A stretch of 49,337 bases of DNA from an uncultured Candidatus Saccharibacteria bacterium (GTDB taxonomy: Bacteria > Patescibacteriota > Minisyncoccia > Phycocordibacterales > JAACPR01): positions 1 to 49,337 of the forward strand of contig CAZPRI010000003.1 in NCBI GenBank assembly GCA_964589635.1, given 5' to 3'. The first letter of the stretch is position 1. Each line of letters begins with the position of its first letter. Positions 10,228 through 19,360 of this stretch are shown here, one piece after another. The notes under the pieces were generated by a model. It was not told the DNA's origin. It searched no databases and was given only the letters and a program-made list of their open reading frames with translations. The translations under genes and the position numbers were made by a program.

Positions 10228-10452
10228 ATGAATACAATTCTTGCAATCATACAGATAGTATTATCTGTGACATTAGTTGGAGCGATATTACTTCAGAACT
10301 CAGAATCTGGACTCGGAAGTGCTTTTGGTGGTGATGATGGTGGAACTACAAAGACAACACGAAGAGGGGCTGAGAAGTTCATTTTTAGAGGAACTATTGT
10401 TTTATCTATTATTTTTGTAACTGTTTCTTTTACTGTGTTTGCGATATCATAA
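10228..10452 (+). CDS. secG: Preprotein translocase subunit SecG
   Basis: ILAIIQIVLSVTLVGAILLQNSESGLGSAFGG is the SecG signature. The ATG at 10228 is preferred over the TTG at 10207 used by the ORF track. Confidence 0.85.
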   Translation: MNTILAIIQIVLSVTLVGAILLQNSESGLGSAFGGDDGGTTKTTRRGAEKFIFRGTIVLSIIFVTVSFTVFAIS

Positions 10453-10480
10453 ACAGATAATCTTGTCTGTTTCGAACTTT

Positions 10481-12172
10481 ATGAGTCTCGGAAAAAAAAT
10501 AAAAAACATAATACATCAATTTTCATTGACAGAAAAAATTGTCTTTGGTTTTTTCTTTACGATATTACTATTTTCTACCCTATCTTCATTGATAAAAATA
10601 AACACAACTTATTTAGTTGAGGTGCCCCAAAGGGGTGGAGAAATAAAAGAAGGTCTCATTGGAGCACCTAGATTTATAAATCCTGTCATTTCTATCTCTG
10701 ATACTGACAGAGATCTATCAACACTTATTTATTCTGGGCTATTGAAACTTAATTCAGATGGAGAACTTGTAAATGATTTAGCCCAGGAGTTTACAGTTTC
10801 AGAGGATGGTCTGACTTATTACATTAAAATAAGAGATGATGCTTTTTTTCATGACGGAAAACCTATTACAACTGACGATTTAATATTCACTATTCAAAAG
10901 ACTCAAGATCCAGCAATAAAATCTCCAAAAAGACCAAATTGGGACGGAGTTATTATTGAAAAGATAAATGAAAAGGAAATTGAATTTATTCTAGGAGAAA
11001 CATACTCACCCTTCGTACATAATCTAACACTTGGAGTCTTACCTAAACATATTTGGGAAAACATAACCACAGATGAATTTGCTTTTTCAAATTACAACAT
11101 AGAACCAATTGGATCTGGGCCTTATACAGTAGAAGATGTTTCTAGGGATAAAAATGGTGTTGTAAAAAAATACAAACTTGATAGTTATAAAAAATACACA
11201 CAAGGAGAACCTTTTGTAGAAAGAATTGAATTTAGTTTTTTCAAAAACGAAAATGAACTAATAGAAGCTTTGAATAAAAACATAATCGATTCAGCTCATA
11301 GTATTTCTCCTAACAAAATTTCCGAATTACACAAAAAAAACAAAGAACTAAATGTGTCTTCTTTCTCTAGAATCTTTGCACTGTACTTTAATCAAGCGGA
11401 GAATGATGTACTCAAGAATAAAACAATCAGAGAAGCCTTGAATCTTGCTACGCCGAAAGATGAAATCATTGAAAATATACTATCTGGATTCGGAAGTCCT
11501 ATCGAAAGCCCTTTACCTCAAACACAAATACTTGATGAAGTTTTCAGTAAATATGATAAAGAAAAAGCAGTGGCGTTACTAGAAGATGATGGATGGGAAA
11601 AAAATGAAAATGGAGTATTCAGTAAGGAAACAGATGACGCAATTCTTACATTTGAATTTAGTATCTCAACTGCAAACGTAAAGGAACTTGTTGATGTCAC
11701 AGAATTCATCGCGAATAATTATAGAGAAATAGGGGCCGATGTGACAGTTAAAGTTTTTGAACCAAATGATTTAACATTAAATGTTATACGCCCACGAGAA
11801 TTCGAATCAATATTTTTTGGACAAATAATCAAGAGAGATAATGATCTCTATGCATTCTGGCACTCATCACAACGAAATGATCCAGGCCTAAATATTGCAG
11901 ATTACACAAATATTGAAGCAGATAAGGCTCTTGAAAAAATACGGTCCTCTTTCAACACAGAAGATGTACAAAATAACTTGCAAATTTTTGAGAAAGAAGT
12001 TATAAATGATGTACCAGCAATCTTCTTATATTCTCCAGATTTTATTTACATTTCGCCTAGAAACCTAAAACTAGAAGTTCCTAAAAATATTGTGACTTCT
12101 TCTGACAGGTTCGCTGATGTAGAAAAATGGTTTATAGAAACTGATTCAGTTTGGAAGATATTTGCTAATTAA
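10481..12172 (+). CDS. Solute-binding protein family 5 (peptide/nickel ABC-type substrate-binding protein)
   Basis: The ORF has an N-terminal TM/signal segment and a roughly 520-aa SBP_bac_5-like body (LIGAPRFINP.., LV..LA..). The ATG at 10481 is the likely start. No permease gene is adjacent. Confidence 0.7.
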   Translation: MSLGKKIKNIIHQFSLTEKIVFGFFFTILLFSTLSSLIKINTTYLVEVPQRGGEIKEGLIGAPRFINPVISISDTDRDLSTLIYSGLLKLNSDGELVNDLAQEFTVSEDGLTYYIKIRDDAFFHDGKPITTDDLIFTIQKTQDPAIKSPKRPNWDGVIIEKINEKEIEFILGETYSPFVHNLTLGVLPKHIWENITTDEFAFSNYNIEPIGSGPYTVEDVSRDKNGVVKKYKLDSYKKYTQGEPFVERIEFSFFKNENELIEALNKNIIDSAHSISPNKISELHKKNKELNVSSFSRIFALYFNQAENDVLKNKTIREALNLATPKDEIIENILSGFGSPIESPLPQTQILDEVFSKYDKEKAVALLEDDGWEKNENGVFSKETDDAILTFEFSISTANVKELVDVTEFIANNYREIGADVTVKVFEPNDLTLNVIRPREFESIFFGQIIKRDNDLYAFWHSSQRNDPGLNIADYTNIEADKALEKIRSSFNTEDVQNNLQIFEKEVINDVPAIFLYSPDFIYISPRNLKLEVPKNIVTSSDRFADVEKWFIETDSVWKIFAN

Positions 12173-12252
12173 AAAATAAATAGTGAGTAATGAGCAATAA
12201 GCAGTATCGATTTTAGTGCTTATCTCTTATTACTTACAAATTAACTTAAAAT

Positions 12253-14106
12253 ATGGAAAGAAATATAAAGCCGCGAGTTTTTACAAAAAATAGAAACACA
12301 AATCCAAATAACAATAGAGGCCCTAAAAAGCCTGTTAATGGGATGAGAAGAAAAGGAATGAAATTAGACAGACGTCCAAGATCAAATCCTAGACCTCAAA
12401 GAAAGAAATTTGAGAAAGCAAATGAAATTCCTGCAATTGGAAACAATATTAGAATCATTCCTCTTGGAGGAGTAGAAGAAGTCGGAAAGAATATGACTGC
12501 TATTGAAATTGGTGATGACATTATCATTGTCGATGGTGGTTTTCAATTCAAGGATGAAACAACTCCCGGTATTGATTACATTATTCCCAACACAAAATAT
12601 CTTGAAGAAAGAAAAGATAAAATTAGAGCAATGTTTATTACTCATGGTCACCTCGATCACATCGGAGGAATACCTTATTTCATAGAAAAGATTGGTAATC
12701 CTAAAATCTATTCAAGAGAATTTGGAGCAATCATGATCAAGAAAAGACATGAAGAATTTCCTCACCTACCACCTTTAGATATTGTCACTCTTGATGGAGA
12801 CGAGACAACAATAATTGGTGAATCAATGAAGGTTGAATCATTTTCAATCTCACACACAATTCCTGATGCAATGGGACTGATTATTCATACACACTTTGGG
12901 AAAATAGTTTTTGTAGAGGATGTTCGAGTAGACAATATAAAAGGAATCCCGACAGATGAAGAAATTAACCAATACAAGAGATTTAAAGACGAAGATGTAC
13001 TTCTATTAACTCTTGACTCTACTTCTGTGGAGAAACCAGGGTGGTCACTTTCAGAGAGTGTGGTTGTAGAAAACTTTGAAAAAATTATTAGGGATGTAGA
13101 CAGTAGATTGATTATTGGTACCTTCGCTTCTCAAGTGGAAAGAATCCTAGCAATTATTGAAATATCAGATCGATACGGGAAAAAAGTAGTTATCGAGGGA
13201 AGAAGTATGGTTTCAAACGTTGAAATAATTAAATATCTGAAACTTATAAAAACAGATAACATTATTTCAATTAACGACATGGAGAATTATGCTCCTGACA
13301 AGATTGTAATGCTTGTGACTGGTTCTCAAGGTGAAGAATTTGCTGCTCTGATGAGAATGGCAAACAAGTCTCATAAACACATTCAACTAAGAAAAACGGA
13401 CACCATTCTCTTATCTTCATCAATCATTCCATCTAACCATAATGCTGTTATTAGATTGAAAGATAAACTATATAGATCAGAAGCAAAAATCATTACATAT
13501 CTTGATTCCGATGTTCATGCTTCTGGACACGGAAACAGAGAGGAGTTGAAATGGATTCATGAACAAATAAACTATAAGTTCTTCATTCCACTCCATGGAA
13601 ACCACTTCATGCTTCGGCAACACGGTGAACTTTCTAAATCACTAGGAACTCCTGAAGATAATGTAATCATTCCAGACAACGGATCTATTATTGAAATTTC
13701 TGACAACGGAAATAAGATTGAGGTTCTTCCTGTTAAAGCTCCAAATGAAATTGTTACTGTTGATGGATTCTCAGTTTCAGATATCCAGGATGTTGTTCTC
13801 AGAGACAGATCGTTACTTTCTGAAGCAGGAATTTTTGTCATTGTTGCAAGCATCAACACAAGAACAGGTAAGCTTAAAAAATCTCCTGATATTATTTCAA
13901 GAGGATTTGTATACCTAAGAGAATCTCAAGATCTCTTACAAGAATCACGAAACCTTATCAAAAGAGTCATTGAAAGAAATATTGATGGCAAAGGACAAAT
14001 TGATTTTGAAATGCTAAAGAAAAAAGTTACAGATGAGCTTATGAAATTCTTATTCCAAAGAACTGCTAAGCAACCTCTGGTCATTCCTGTTATATTAGGA
14101 GTGTAA
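12253..14106 (+). CDS. rnj: Ribonuclease J (metallo-beta-lactamase/beta-CASP)
   Basis: The ORF has the HGHLDHIGG motif, IIPLGG..EVGKNM and ...SGHG..EEL. It carries an extra N-terminal extension of about 60 aa rich in K, R, N and P. Confidence 0.9.
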   Translation: MERNIKPRVFTKNRNTNPNNNRGPKKPVNGMRRKGMKLDRRPRSNPRPQRKKFEKANEIPAIGNNIRIIPLGGVEEVGKNMTAIEIGDDIIIVDGGFQFKDETTPGIDYIIPNTKYLEERKDKIRAMFITHGHLDHIGGIPYFIEKIGNPKIYSREFGAIMIKKRHEEFPHLPPLDIVTLDGDETTIIGESMKVESFSISHTIPDAMGLIIHTHFGKIVFVEDVRVDNIKGIPTDEEINQYKRFKDEDVLLLTLDSTSVEKPGWSLSESVVVENFEKIIRDVDSRLIIGTFASQVERILAIIEISDRYGKKVVIEGRSMVSNVEIIKYLKLIKTDNIISINDMENYAPDKIVMLVTGSQGEEFAALMRMANKSHKHIQLRKTDTILLSSSIIPSNHNAVIRLKDKLYRSEAKIITYLDSDVHASGHGNREELKWIHEQINYKFFIPLHGNHFMLRQHGELSKSLGTPEDNVIIPDNGSIIEISDNGNKIEVLPVKAPNEIVTVDGFSVSDIQDVVLRDRSLLSEAGIFVIVASINTRTGKLKKSPDIISRGFVYLRESQDLLQESRNLIKRVIERNIDGKGQIDFEMLKKKVTDELMKFLFQRTAKQPLVIPVILGV

Positions 14107-14111
14107 ATAAA

Positions 14112-14147
14112 AAGAAAAGGCGCGACCGAAGGTCGCGCCTTTTCTTT
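14112..14147 (+). terminator. Rho-independent terminator (GC clamp, GAAG loop)
   Basis: AAGAAAAGGCGCGACC-GAAG-GTCGCGCCTTTTCTT. Confidence 0.85.
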
Positions 14148-14179
14148 TTAATATATTTTAAAGTGATAAAATATAAGCA

Positions 14180-15340
14180 ATGCATTCCCCAAAATCTCTA
14201 AACAAGCATCTTATATATCTTCTTGTATTTTTATTCACACTTCACTTAACACCAGCGATTTATATTCACTCTAGTTTTTTAGAGCAATTCATAAATAAGG
14301 ATTATGTTGGTTATATATTTTCTATTGCATCAGTTTTTACACTCGTATCATTCTTAGTAACAAGGAAATTCCTAAAAAAATATGGAAACTACAAGACTAC
14401 ACTCTACTTGATGATAATAAGCTTTTTTACAAGTATTGCCCTGGCACTTGCAACAAACATATACATAGCAGTCCCATTTTATATTTTAAATTTTCTAGCG
14501 ACATCTCTTATTTTTTTCAATTTGGACATATTTCTTGAATCAAGTACTAAGGATTCTGAAACCGGTGATGTGAGAGGTCATTACATGACATTCTTAAATC
14601 TTGCATTTCTGCTCGGTCCCTTTATAACTAGTTTTGTTCTTATAGATCATGACTTTTGGAAAGTTTTTACACTAGGGGCGATAATCCAAATTCCTCTTAT
14701 CTACATTCTTATTAAGTATCTGAAAAATTTCAAAGATCCAATTTACCAAAAACCTAAACTCTGGAAAAACTTTCTTAAGCTTAGAAATAATTCCGATCTA
14801 CTTTCTACTTTTTCTTGTGCATTCTTACTTAGATTTTTCTTTTCATGGATGATTGTGTACACTCCCATATATTTAATAAACGAAATAGGGTTCACTGTTT
14901 CTCAAACAACATTCATAATTGGATTAGCGCTCATTCCTTTTGTATTACTTGAAATAGGCCTAGGAAAAATTTCCGATAAATACATCGGAGAAAAAGAGAT
15001 CATGACAGCCGGTTTTCTTATAATGGGAATATCAACAATACTCATTACCTTTATTGATTCAGCGAATATTGTTATCTGGGCAACGATATTATTCATAACA
15101 AGAATAGGTGCCACAATGGTCGAAATAATGAGTGAAATTCACCTATTCAAAAGGGTTGATGCTAAAAACATAAACATAATAGGAATTTTTAGATCTGTAC
15201 GACCTGTTGCTTATGTTATATCCCCTATTGTCGCTTCTCTCTTATTGATCTATATTGATTTTAAATTTCTATTCTTAATCCTTGGTATAATCATGTTATA
15301 TGGAATGAGATTTTCTTTGAGTATAAAGGATACTAAATAA
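14180..15340 (+). CDS. MFS transporter
   Basis: The 386-aa ORF predicts about 12 TM helices in a 6+6 layout. Confidence 0.7.
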   Translation: MHSPKSLNKHLIYLLVFLFTLHLTPAIYIHSSFLEQFINKDYVGYIFSIASVFTLVSFLVTRKFLKKYGNYKTTLYLMIISFFTSIALALATNIYIAVPFYILNFLATSLIFFNLDIFLESSTKDSETGDVRGHYMTFLNLAFLLGPFITSFVLIDHDFWKVFTLGAIIQIPLIYILIKYLKNFKDPIYQKPKLWKNFLKLRNNSDLLSTFSCAFLLRFFFSWMIVYTPIYLINEIGFTVSQTTFIIGLALIPFVLLEIGLGKISDKYIGEKEIMTAGFLIMGISTILITFIDSANIVIWATILFITRIGATMVEIMSEIHLFKRVDAKNINIIGIFRSVRPVAYVISPIVASLLLIYIDFKFLFLILGIIMLYGMRFSLSIKDTK

Positions 15341-15372
15341 AAAACTGCAACGAAATTAATCGTTGCAGTTTT
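15341..15372. terminator. Rho-independent terminator between convergent genes
   Basis: AAAACTGCAACG-AAATTAAT-CGTTGCAGTTTT. Confidence 0.75.
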
Positions 15373-15375
15373 GGT

Positions 15376-15819
15376 TCAGTCCTCGACATCAAAACCATGA
15401 TCTCGCAAAGCAGACAGGATTAGCGTTCTTTCCCATTTTCCTGAAATTTTTTCTAGAATAAATTTTCTTTCTGAAAGAATTTCTTCAAGAGTAAGATCGA
15501 GAAGTGCTTCTTTCTCAAATTTATCCAGTGAATAACCACTGAAATTTGGAACATCTTTCAACTTAAGCTTTCTATAGGAAGACCTTTCATTTTCTGAAAA
15601 AGGTACATTCATACCTAGAGACAAACCAAGACCTCTCAGAGAATCAAGAAGTCTAAAGAGACTTGTTCTTCCAACATTTCTATAGCTAAGAACCCTGGAA
15701 GCGTCTAGCATGCGTACAAGCTGTCCGTAAAACTTAAAATTAAACTTTTTTAGGTTTGTAACAATCCTGGCGGGTAATAAATCGTAATCTATTTCTGTAG
15801 CCAACAAATTACCTAACAA
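15376..15819 (-). CDS. Free-standing RNA polymerase alpha C-terminal-domain-like protein
   Basis: LLPARIVTNLKKFNFKFYGQLV....RVLSYRNVGRTSLFRLLDSLRGLGLSLGMNV aligns by eye with the E. coli alpha-CTD (..RSANCLK..I.YIGDLV...[31 protein letters not shown]). It has a TTG start and no alpha N-terminal domain. Confidence 0.6.
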   Translation of the reverse strand: MLGNLLATEIDYDLLPARIVTNLKKFNFKFYGQLVRMLDASRVLSYRNVGRTSLFRLLDSLRGLGLSLGMNVPFSENERSSYRKLKLKDVPNFSGYSLDKFEKEALLDLTLEEILSERKFILEKISGKWERTLILSALRDHGFDVED

Positions 15820-16076
15820 TGTTTCTGTTTCAAAATTCTCAAAATTGACAGAGACTATTTTTATAGGAACAGCTTTCCATGTTATTTCAATTCTCTCATT
15901 CGAAGTATTAGAAATACCTTATTTAATCAACCAATCTGTAATCAATCCCTCTAGCTCTGGTTTTTTCTCTTCTAGTAGTTTTTTATTCATTTTTTTGGTG
16001 TTCTGTTTCTATAAGTGAAACTACCACATCACTTGAATTCTACCTTGAATGTAACCTTTCATATATCGTCATTCCT

Positions 16077-16163
16077 GCGCAGGCAGGAACCTAGTCCTTA
16101 GGAATATTATTAACTATAGTTTAGAAAAGGTCTGGGTCCCCGCCTACACGGGGATGACGGTGG
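16077..16163 (+). repeat. GC-rich palindromic MITE/REP-like element, composite copy R4
   Basis: CGTCATTCCTGCGCAGGCAGGAACC is followed by an AT-rich spacer and then GGGTCCCCGCCTACACGGGGATGACGGTGG. The ends CGTCATTCC and GGGATGACG form an inverted repeat. Confidence 0.8.
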
Positions 16164-16203
16164 TTGTATAAGGGCTCTGCCCTGAGCAGACATTTGGATT
16201 AAT

Positions 16204-16443
16204 TTAAATAACCCCTTCAATTTTCAAAAACTCTCTCACCTCATCTTCTCCGGCATCTGCCAGAATTTTTCCATCGAGATCAAGTGTTGGAGCTTTTGTT
16301 TGATTTGATTTTGAAATCATTTCTTCCATGAATAATGGGTCCTCCACGACATTCCTCTCTTCAAAGACAACCTTGTTTTCTAATAAAAAATCTCTCACTT
16401 CTATGCACCAAGGACACACTGTTTTTGTATAAAGTATTAACAT
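16204..16443 (-). CDS. Glutaredoxin-like protein (NrdH/Grx family)
   Basis: The 79-aa ORF has a CPWC active site at the N-terminus and thioredoxin-fold length. Confidence 0.8.
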   Translation of the reverse strand: MLILYTKTVCPWCIEVRDFLLENKVVFEERNVVEDPLFMEEMISKSNQTKAPTLDLDGKILADAGEDEVREFLKIEGVI

Positions 16444-16478
16444 ATAGATATTTTAACTTTTTTTAGTGGAGAAAAAAA

Positions 16479-16499
16479 GCCGCGCCCGAAGGGCGCGGC
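16479..16499. terminator. Rho-independent terminator stem (GC clamp, GAAG loop)
   Basis: GCCGCGCCC-GAA-GGGCGCGGC. Confidence 0.7.
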
Positions 16500-16506
16500 A
16501 ATTAAA

Positions 16507-16974
16507 TCAATAGAGATCTTTGCACCTAATCTCTGAAGGAACATTTACACTTTTCGTCTTCTCTGTCCAAACCCACCCCTCCTCAGTGGCCACTTCTTTT
16601 ATTCTACTTTGAAAATTTTTCATACTTTTCTGAAAGTCTTCTCTGTAAAAGAAGACTTCCCTAAATGCAGTCTTATCGATATTGTCTGCAAAAATCACTT
16701 TGACCTCATGATTATAATAATCATGAGTTGTATATAGTCTCTCAAGAGATTCATCATAACCTAAAACAGGAATTTCTACATGAAAGATCAAGTCAAGATA
16801 CTGCCATTCTTTTCCATTCTCGTCTCTTCCTGGCATAAGAATTTCTACATTATCTCGAACACCTATTCTATATTTTGGAGCATCATCATCAACTGACCCC
16901 TCCCTTATCCATGAAACAATCGTAAAAATTATTCCTATTAACGTAAGACAATTCAGATATTTCATCGTTTTCAT
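16507..16974 (-). CDS. Secreted or membrane-anchored hypothetical protein (155 aa)
   Basis: The ORF has an N-terminal hydrophobic segment and sits between two terminators. Confidence 0.5.
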   Translation of the reverse strand: MKTMKYLNCLTLIGIIFTIVSWIREGSVDDDAPKYRIGVRDNVEILMPGRDENGKEWQYLDLIFHVEIPVLGYDESLERLYTTHDYYNHEVKVIFADNIDKTAFREVFFYREDFQKSMKNFQSRIKEVATEEGWVWTEKTKSVNVPSEIRCKDLY

Positions 16975-17024
16975 GATTTTTAGAACATGTCTCTGTTCCT
17001 AAATTCAGCACGAAAATTCATTTT

Positions 17025-17055
17025 AAAAAAGCGGCGCCTTCGGCGCCGCTTTTTT
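17025..17055. terminator. Rho-independent terminator
   Basis: AAAAAAGCGGCGCC-TTCG-GCGCCGCTTTTTT. Confidence 0.85.
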
Positions 17056-17076
17056 AAAATCCATAGAAAATATTCT

Positions 17077-17760
17077 CTATTTCTTTACTACTTTTTTCTT
17101 TGGAAGCGCAGAGTCCATAAGTTCTTCTGCTTTTTTCTTTCCACCAAGGCCAAATGCTAATGCGAGAGCTAAAACTATACCAGCAAATAGAATTTGAATC
17201 AAAGATGGAGCAATTCCAAGCTGTAGAAGCGCAGCAAGAGATGTAAACAAAATAAGTGCCCATTTTGTAATATCCCCCATCATTCCTGGTTTCTCTATTG
17301 GAGTATTTGAGCCTTCAATAGATTTTGTAACAATTGCTCCAAAAAAGTTTCCAGCGATAACTCCAAAAACAAGAATTATTACCGCAATCAATACTTGAGG
17401 TACATAGAAAATAATTTCGTTCAAGAACTCTGTAACCCTATCCCATCCAAGAACATCGGCCGCTGCCATAATGAAAGCAAGAATGAAGAACCATTTTACA
17501 ATTTTTCCTAGCAATAATGAAACTGAAAAGTTTGGTGAGTAACCACTCATCATTTCTTTTAATCCCATTTTTGCAGAAAGCTCATCGATTTTCAAAACAT
17601 CGATAATTTTCTTTACAATTCCTCCCAAGATTGGGGCAACAATAAATCCAACTAGGACTATTATTGCTGCTCCAATTAGGTCAGGAAGAATTCCAAGTAC
17701 TCTTACCCATAAATCAATAAGAGATGCTTGTACAACTTGTGCGAATGAATATCCAGACAT
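17077..17760 (-). CDS. Membrane protein with conserved TM-helix repeats (TM_helix-like)
   Basis: The 227-aa ORF has repeated units of the form ..LP.LIGA.IILVVGF.VA.. and a Lys-rich C-terminus. Confidence 0.5.
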   Translation of the reverse strand: MSGYSFAQVVQASLIDLWVRVLGILPDLIGAAIIVLVGFIVAPILGGIVKKIIDVLKIDELSAKMGLKEMMSGYSPNFSVSLLLGKIVKWFFILAFIMAAADVLGWDRVTEFLNEIIFYVPQVLIAVIILVFGVIAGNFFGAIVTKSIEGSNTPIEKPGMMGDITKWALILFTSLAALLQLGIAPSLIQILFAGIVLALALAFGLGGKKKAEELMDSALPKKKVVKK

Positions 17761-17949
17761 AAAAAATTTAAATAATTATTAATAATAAATCTGTACTTAT
17801 AATTTTAACACCTATGCAACTAAACAGACCTTATTTTATACACATATCCAAGGTCCAACCTTAGATATAAATTTATTCTAAATTTTATTCCACATGTTTT
17901 CCTATTTTACAAGTTGACCAATATCATAATTTTGATAAATTGGAATCTA

Positions 17950-18618
17950 ATGAAGATTTTAATCATCGAAGATGATAGTTCAATAAGAAATGTCCTGAGA
18001 ATGGGCTTTGAATCAAAATCATTCGCCGTTGATGTTGCAGAGGACGGCGAACTAGGCTCATTTATGGCCAGAACAAATGAATATGATGTAATTATTCTAG
18101 ATAATGTCCTTCCAAAGAAAATGGGAGGACATGTTTGTAAAGAAATACGTGAAAACAATAAGAATACGCCAATCATTATGCTTTCAGCGAAATCAGAAGT
18201 CCTAACAAAAATACAGATACTTAACGATGGAGCAGATGATTACATGACAAAACCCTTCTCTTTTGAAGAACTTGGAGCACGAATTAATGCACTACTTAGA
18301 AGACCTGCCCAAATCGAGAGGAGAATCATTAAAATTAAGAACCTAGTACTTGATAGGGACAGACAAGAGATCCAGAAGAATGGTAAAGACATTTATTTGA
18401 CCAGAAAAGAATACGGGATCCTTGAATACCTAATGGTTAATAAGGAACTAATAATTTCAAGGGGTCAACTCCTGGAACATGTTTGGGATTCAAGCGGTGA
18501 CCCCTTCTCAAACACTATAGAAACTCATATTTTAAACGTACGAAAAAAAATCGGAGATAAATCGAAAAAGATAATAGAGTCTATACCAAGCAGAGGTTAT
18601 AGATTCAATAATTACTAA
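17950..18618 (+). CDS. OmpR-family response regulator
   Basis: MKILIIEDD and the DVIILD (Asp) and KPF motifs mark the receiver domain. The C-terminal winged-helix has ..LT.KE..ILEYL... and ..RGYRF. The ATG at 17950 is preferred. Confidence 0.9.
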   Translation: MKILIIEDDSSIRNVLRMGFESKSFAVDVAEDGELGSFMARTNEYDVIILDNVLPKKMGGHVCKEIRENNKNTPIIMLSAKSEVLTKIQILNDGADDYMTKPFSFEELGARINALLRRPAQIERRIIKIKNLVLDRDRQEIQKNGKDIYLTRKEYGILEYLMVNKELIISRGQLLEHVWDSSGDPFSNTIETHILNVRKKIGDKSKKIIESIPSRGYRFNNY

Positions 18619-18622
18619 ATAT

Positions 18623-19360
18623 ATGTCCAATTTAATTCAAAAACTAATAAGTAAAAGCAGTCGTGGGACTGTTATTTTTTTGCCAAAAATTTATAGAGAG
18701 AAAATTAGTCTCGTAGAAAAGTATGCACAAATTGGACAGATATCTTCTGGAATAATTCATGACTTAATATCACCAATTACTGTGTTGAACATGCAAATCG
18801 AAATGTTAGACGAAAATATTATTAAAAATCCTGAATATCTTAGAACATTAAGAGCGGCAGTTTCAAGTATCGAAAGCTATTCTAGCTTGATCAAGGATTA
18901 CATTTCAGGAAACACAGATAAGGAGTTTTTGATTTTAGATGATGAAATTCAAAAAGCTATAGAATTAATATCGTACAAGGCCGTAAAGGAGAACATTCAG
19001 ATTCAATTTATAAGAAATCCAGGAATTCAACTATATGCAAATAAAGTTCATATTTATCAAATAGCAATTAGTGTCATTTCAAATGCAATCGAGTCTTTTA
19101 GAGAATCTGACCAATATAGAAAAATAATTATTAAACTAGAAAAAATAGGAGACCAAAAATTTTTAACAGTGAAAGATCATGGAGAAGGAATAAAACATAT
19201 AAGAAAAATATTCACCACTTTTTACACAACAAAAAAGAGTTCTGGAGGAACAGGAATTGGTCTTTCCAGCGTAAAACATTTAGTAGAAAAAGAGCTGAAT
19301 GGAGAAATTGAAATAAAGAGTGAACTAAATAAAGGAACGGAATTCAAAATTATTTTTTAA
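18623..19360 (+). CDS. Cytoplasmic histidine kinase (no TM segment)
   Basis: The ORF has an H-box (SSGIIHDLISP), an N-box (SNAIES) and a G-box (GGTGIGLS). Confidence 0.8.
   Translation: MSNLIQKLISKSSRGTVIFLPKIYREKISLVEKYAQIGQISSGIIHDLISPITVLNMQIEMLDENIIKNPEYLRTLRAAVSSIESYSSLIKDYISGNTDKEFLILDDEIQKAIELISYKAVKENIQIQFIRNPGIQLYANKVHIYQIAISVISNAIESFRESDQYRKIIIKLEKIGDQKFLTVKDHGEGIKHIRKIFTTFYTTKKSSGGTGIGLSSVKHLVEKELNGEIEIKSELNKGTEFKIIF

Noticed and set aside
10439-10480. Extended N-termini given by the ORF track for several genes (10439, 17914, 22452, 36862, 44780, 46745, 30681)
   Set aside because: These extensions start at non-ATG codons or overlap upstream genes, REP hairpins or promoters. In each case an internal ATG yields the canonical N-terminus, for example MKILIIEDD for the response regulator.
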